Source: Aquifex aeolicus VF5 (GTDB lineage Bacteria > Aquificota > Aquificia > Aquificales > Aquificaceae). From it: a DNA stretch of 32,000 nt. The stretch spans positions 1,470,001 through 1,502,000 of the forward strand of contig NC_000918.1 of NCBI RefSeq assembly GCF_000008625.1, written 5' to 3'. Positions 31,107 to 32,000 of the stretch are shown here, in pieces. The position numbers were made by a program, and so were the translations under genes. How positions within the stretch are numbered: the stretch's first letter is position 1; every line of letters begins with the position of its first letter. The notes under the pieces are model-generated. The model saw only the letters and a list, made by a program, of their open reading frames with translations, had not been told where the DNA came from and searched no databases.

Positions 31107-31431
31107 TGAACCGCTGGTGATTTTCTTTATCTGGATGGCTGTTCTTTACCTGATAGCCACGGTATTTCTCACTAAACGCTTTGCCTTCTGGGTGTCTTCA
31201 CTCCTCACGACCTACCTCTGGCTCAAGATGGGAATGGACGAAAAAGCCCTTCTCTTTGCGTGGGGTGTTATATTCCTTATTCTGTTCGTAGTCTACGTTG
31301 CGAGTGTCTTGTTTCACATACCTCCCTTTACCTTCTTTACTGGTAAAAAACTCTGCAAAGTTTGTTACATGGCTGTTCCCAGAAAGGCAAAGATATGCCC
31401 TTACTGTCACTCTGAGTTAAACGGTTCGTAA
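31078..31431 (+). CDS. Hypothetical membrane protein with C-terminal zinc-ribbon
   Basis: Two or more hydrophobic segments, then [22 protein letters not shown] (CxxC...CxxC). Confidence 0.7.
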
Positions 31432-32000
31432 AGCTGAGGTCTGTATCCCCTCATGAAGTCCTCTCCGCGCATCTTCTTTCCTTTGGGCGAAATTAATTCA
31501 AGAATTTCTAAAGATTTTTCTCCGCACGCCACTATGAGCCTTTTCGTGTCCTGTATCTCTCCGGGGTATCCCTCCAAATCCACAACCCTCGCTTTTAGTA
31601 TCTTTATCCTGTTTCCCCTGAACGTGGTGTACGCGTTGGGATAGAGTCCTCTAATCCTGTCTCTCACACTTTCAGCAGAAGCTTTCCAGCAAATTCTGTA
31701 CTCTTCCTTTTGAACAGGCGGGGCGTAGGTGGCCTCCTCGTGGTTCTGGGGAACGGGCTTTACTTTGCCTTCAAACCAAAGTCTTAGGGTGTTTACGAGG
31801 AGTTTAGCTCCGCTTTTTGCGAGTTTTTCGGATAGGGTTAGGAAGTTATCTTCCTCTTCAATGGGAATTTTTTCCTGAGCGAGTATGTCTCCCGCGTCCA
31901 TCTCCTCATTTACGAGCATGACCGTGTTGCCCGTTTCCTTTTCCCCAGCCATGATTGCCCTCTGGATTGGTGCGGCTCCCCTGTACTTGGGAAGGAGTGA
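31407..32000 (-). CDS. fmt: Methionyl-tRNA formyltransferase, 5' part outside the window
   Basis: Frame is open to the window edge: [40 protein letters not shown]; YPGEI-type C-terminal domain follows. Confidence 0.94.

Overview
This 32 kb window is a dense bacterial housekeeping region. Protein content and gene order look like Aquifex aeolicus or a very close relative (recognition from memory, not a database search). I recognised no tRNA, rRNA, CRISPR array or mobile element by eye. Contents include leuA (3' part), a DsbC-like gene, an aminotransferase, a DksA/TraR protein, a flavodoxin-like protein, an NfnA/SudB-type flavoprotein, pepA, the N-terminal half of a split carB, prmA, acs, a DUF4212 plus acetate-type Na+/solute symporter pair, a cNMP/CBS/nucleotidyltransferase protein, a DnaQ-like exonuclease, hemB, an AcuC/HDAC-family gene, an M23 peptidase, a hotdog-MtnA fusion ORF, a glycosyltransferase, purC, a pseudopilin-like gene, thiL, a HlyC/CorC protein, an OppF-like ATPase, hemN, uvrC, archease, a BASS-type transporter and fmt (partial). 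The clearest non-obvious result from reading the sequence is a set of apparent gene lesions. There is an in-frame amber codon in the DUF4212 partner. Three single-base losses within 110 bp split the symporter. A small loss splits acs. The 3' end of purC is frameshifted and hides about 20 conserved residues. A complete HU/IHF-like gene (21313..21580, minus) is invisible to the ORF track because it has four lesions. Every apparent indel is a loss, so assembly error and genuine decay both need testing. The best functional candidate is the acetate cluster: acs, symporter, cNMP/CBS/NTase sensor, exonuclease, hemB and an AcuC-like deacetylase. I found no convincing evidence for a wholly new defence or mobile system.
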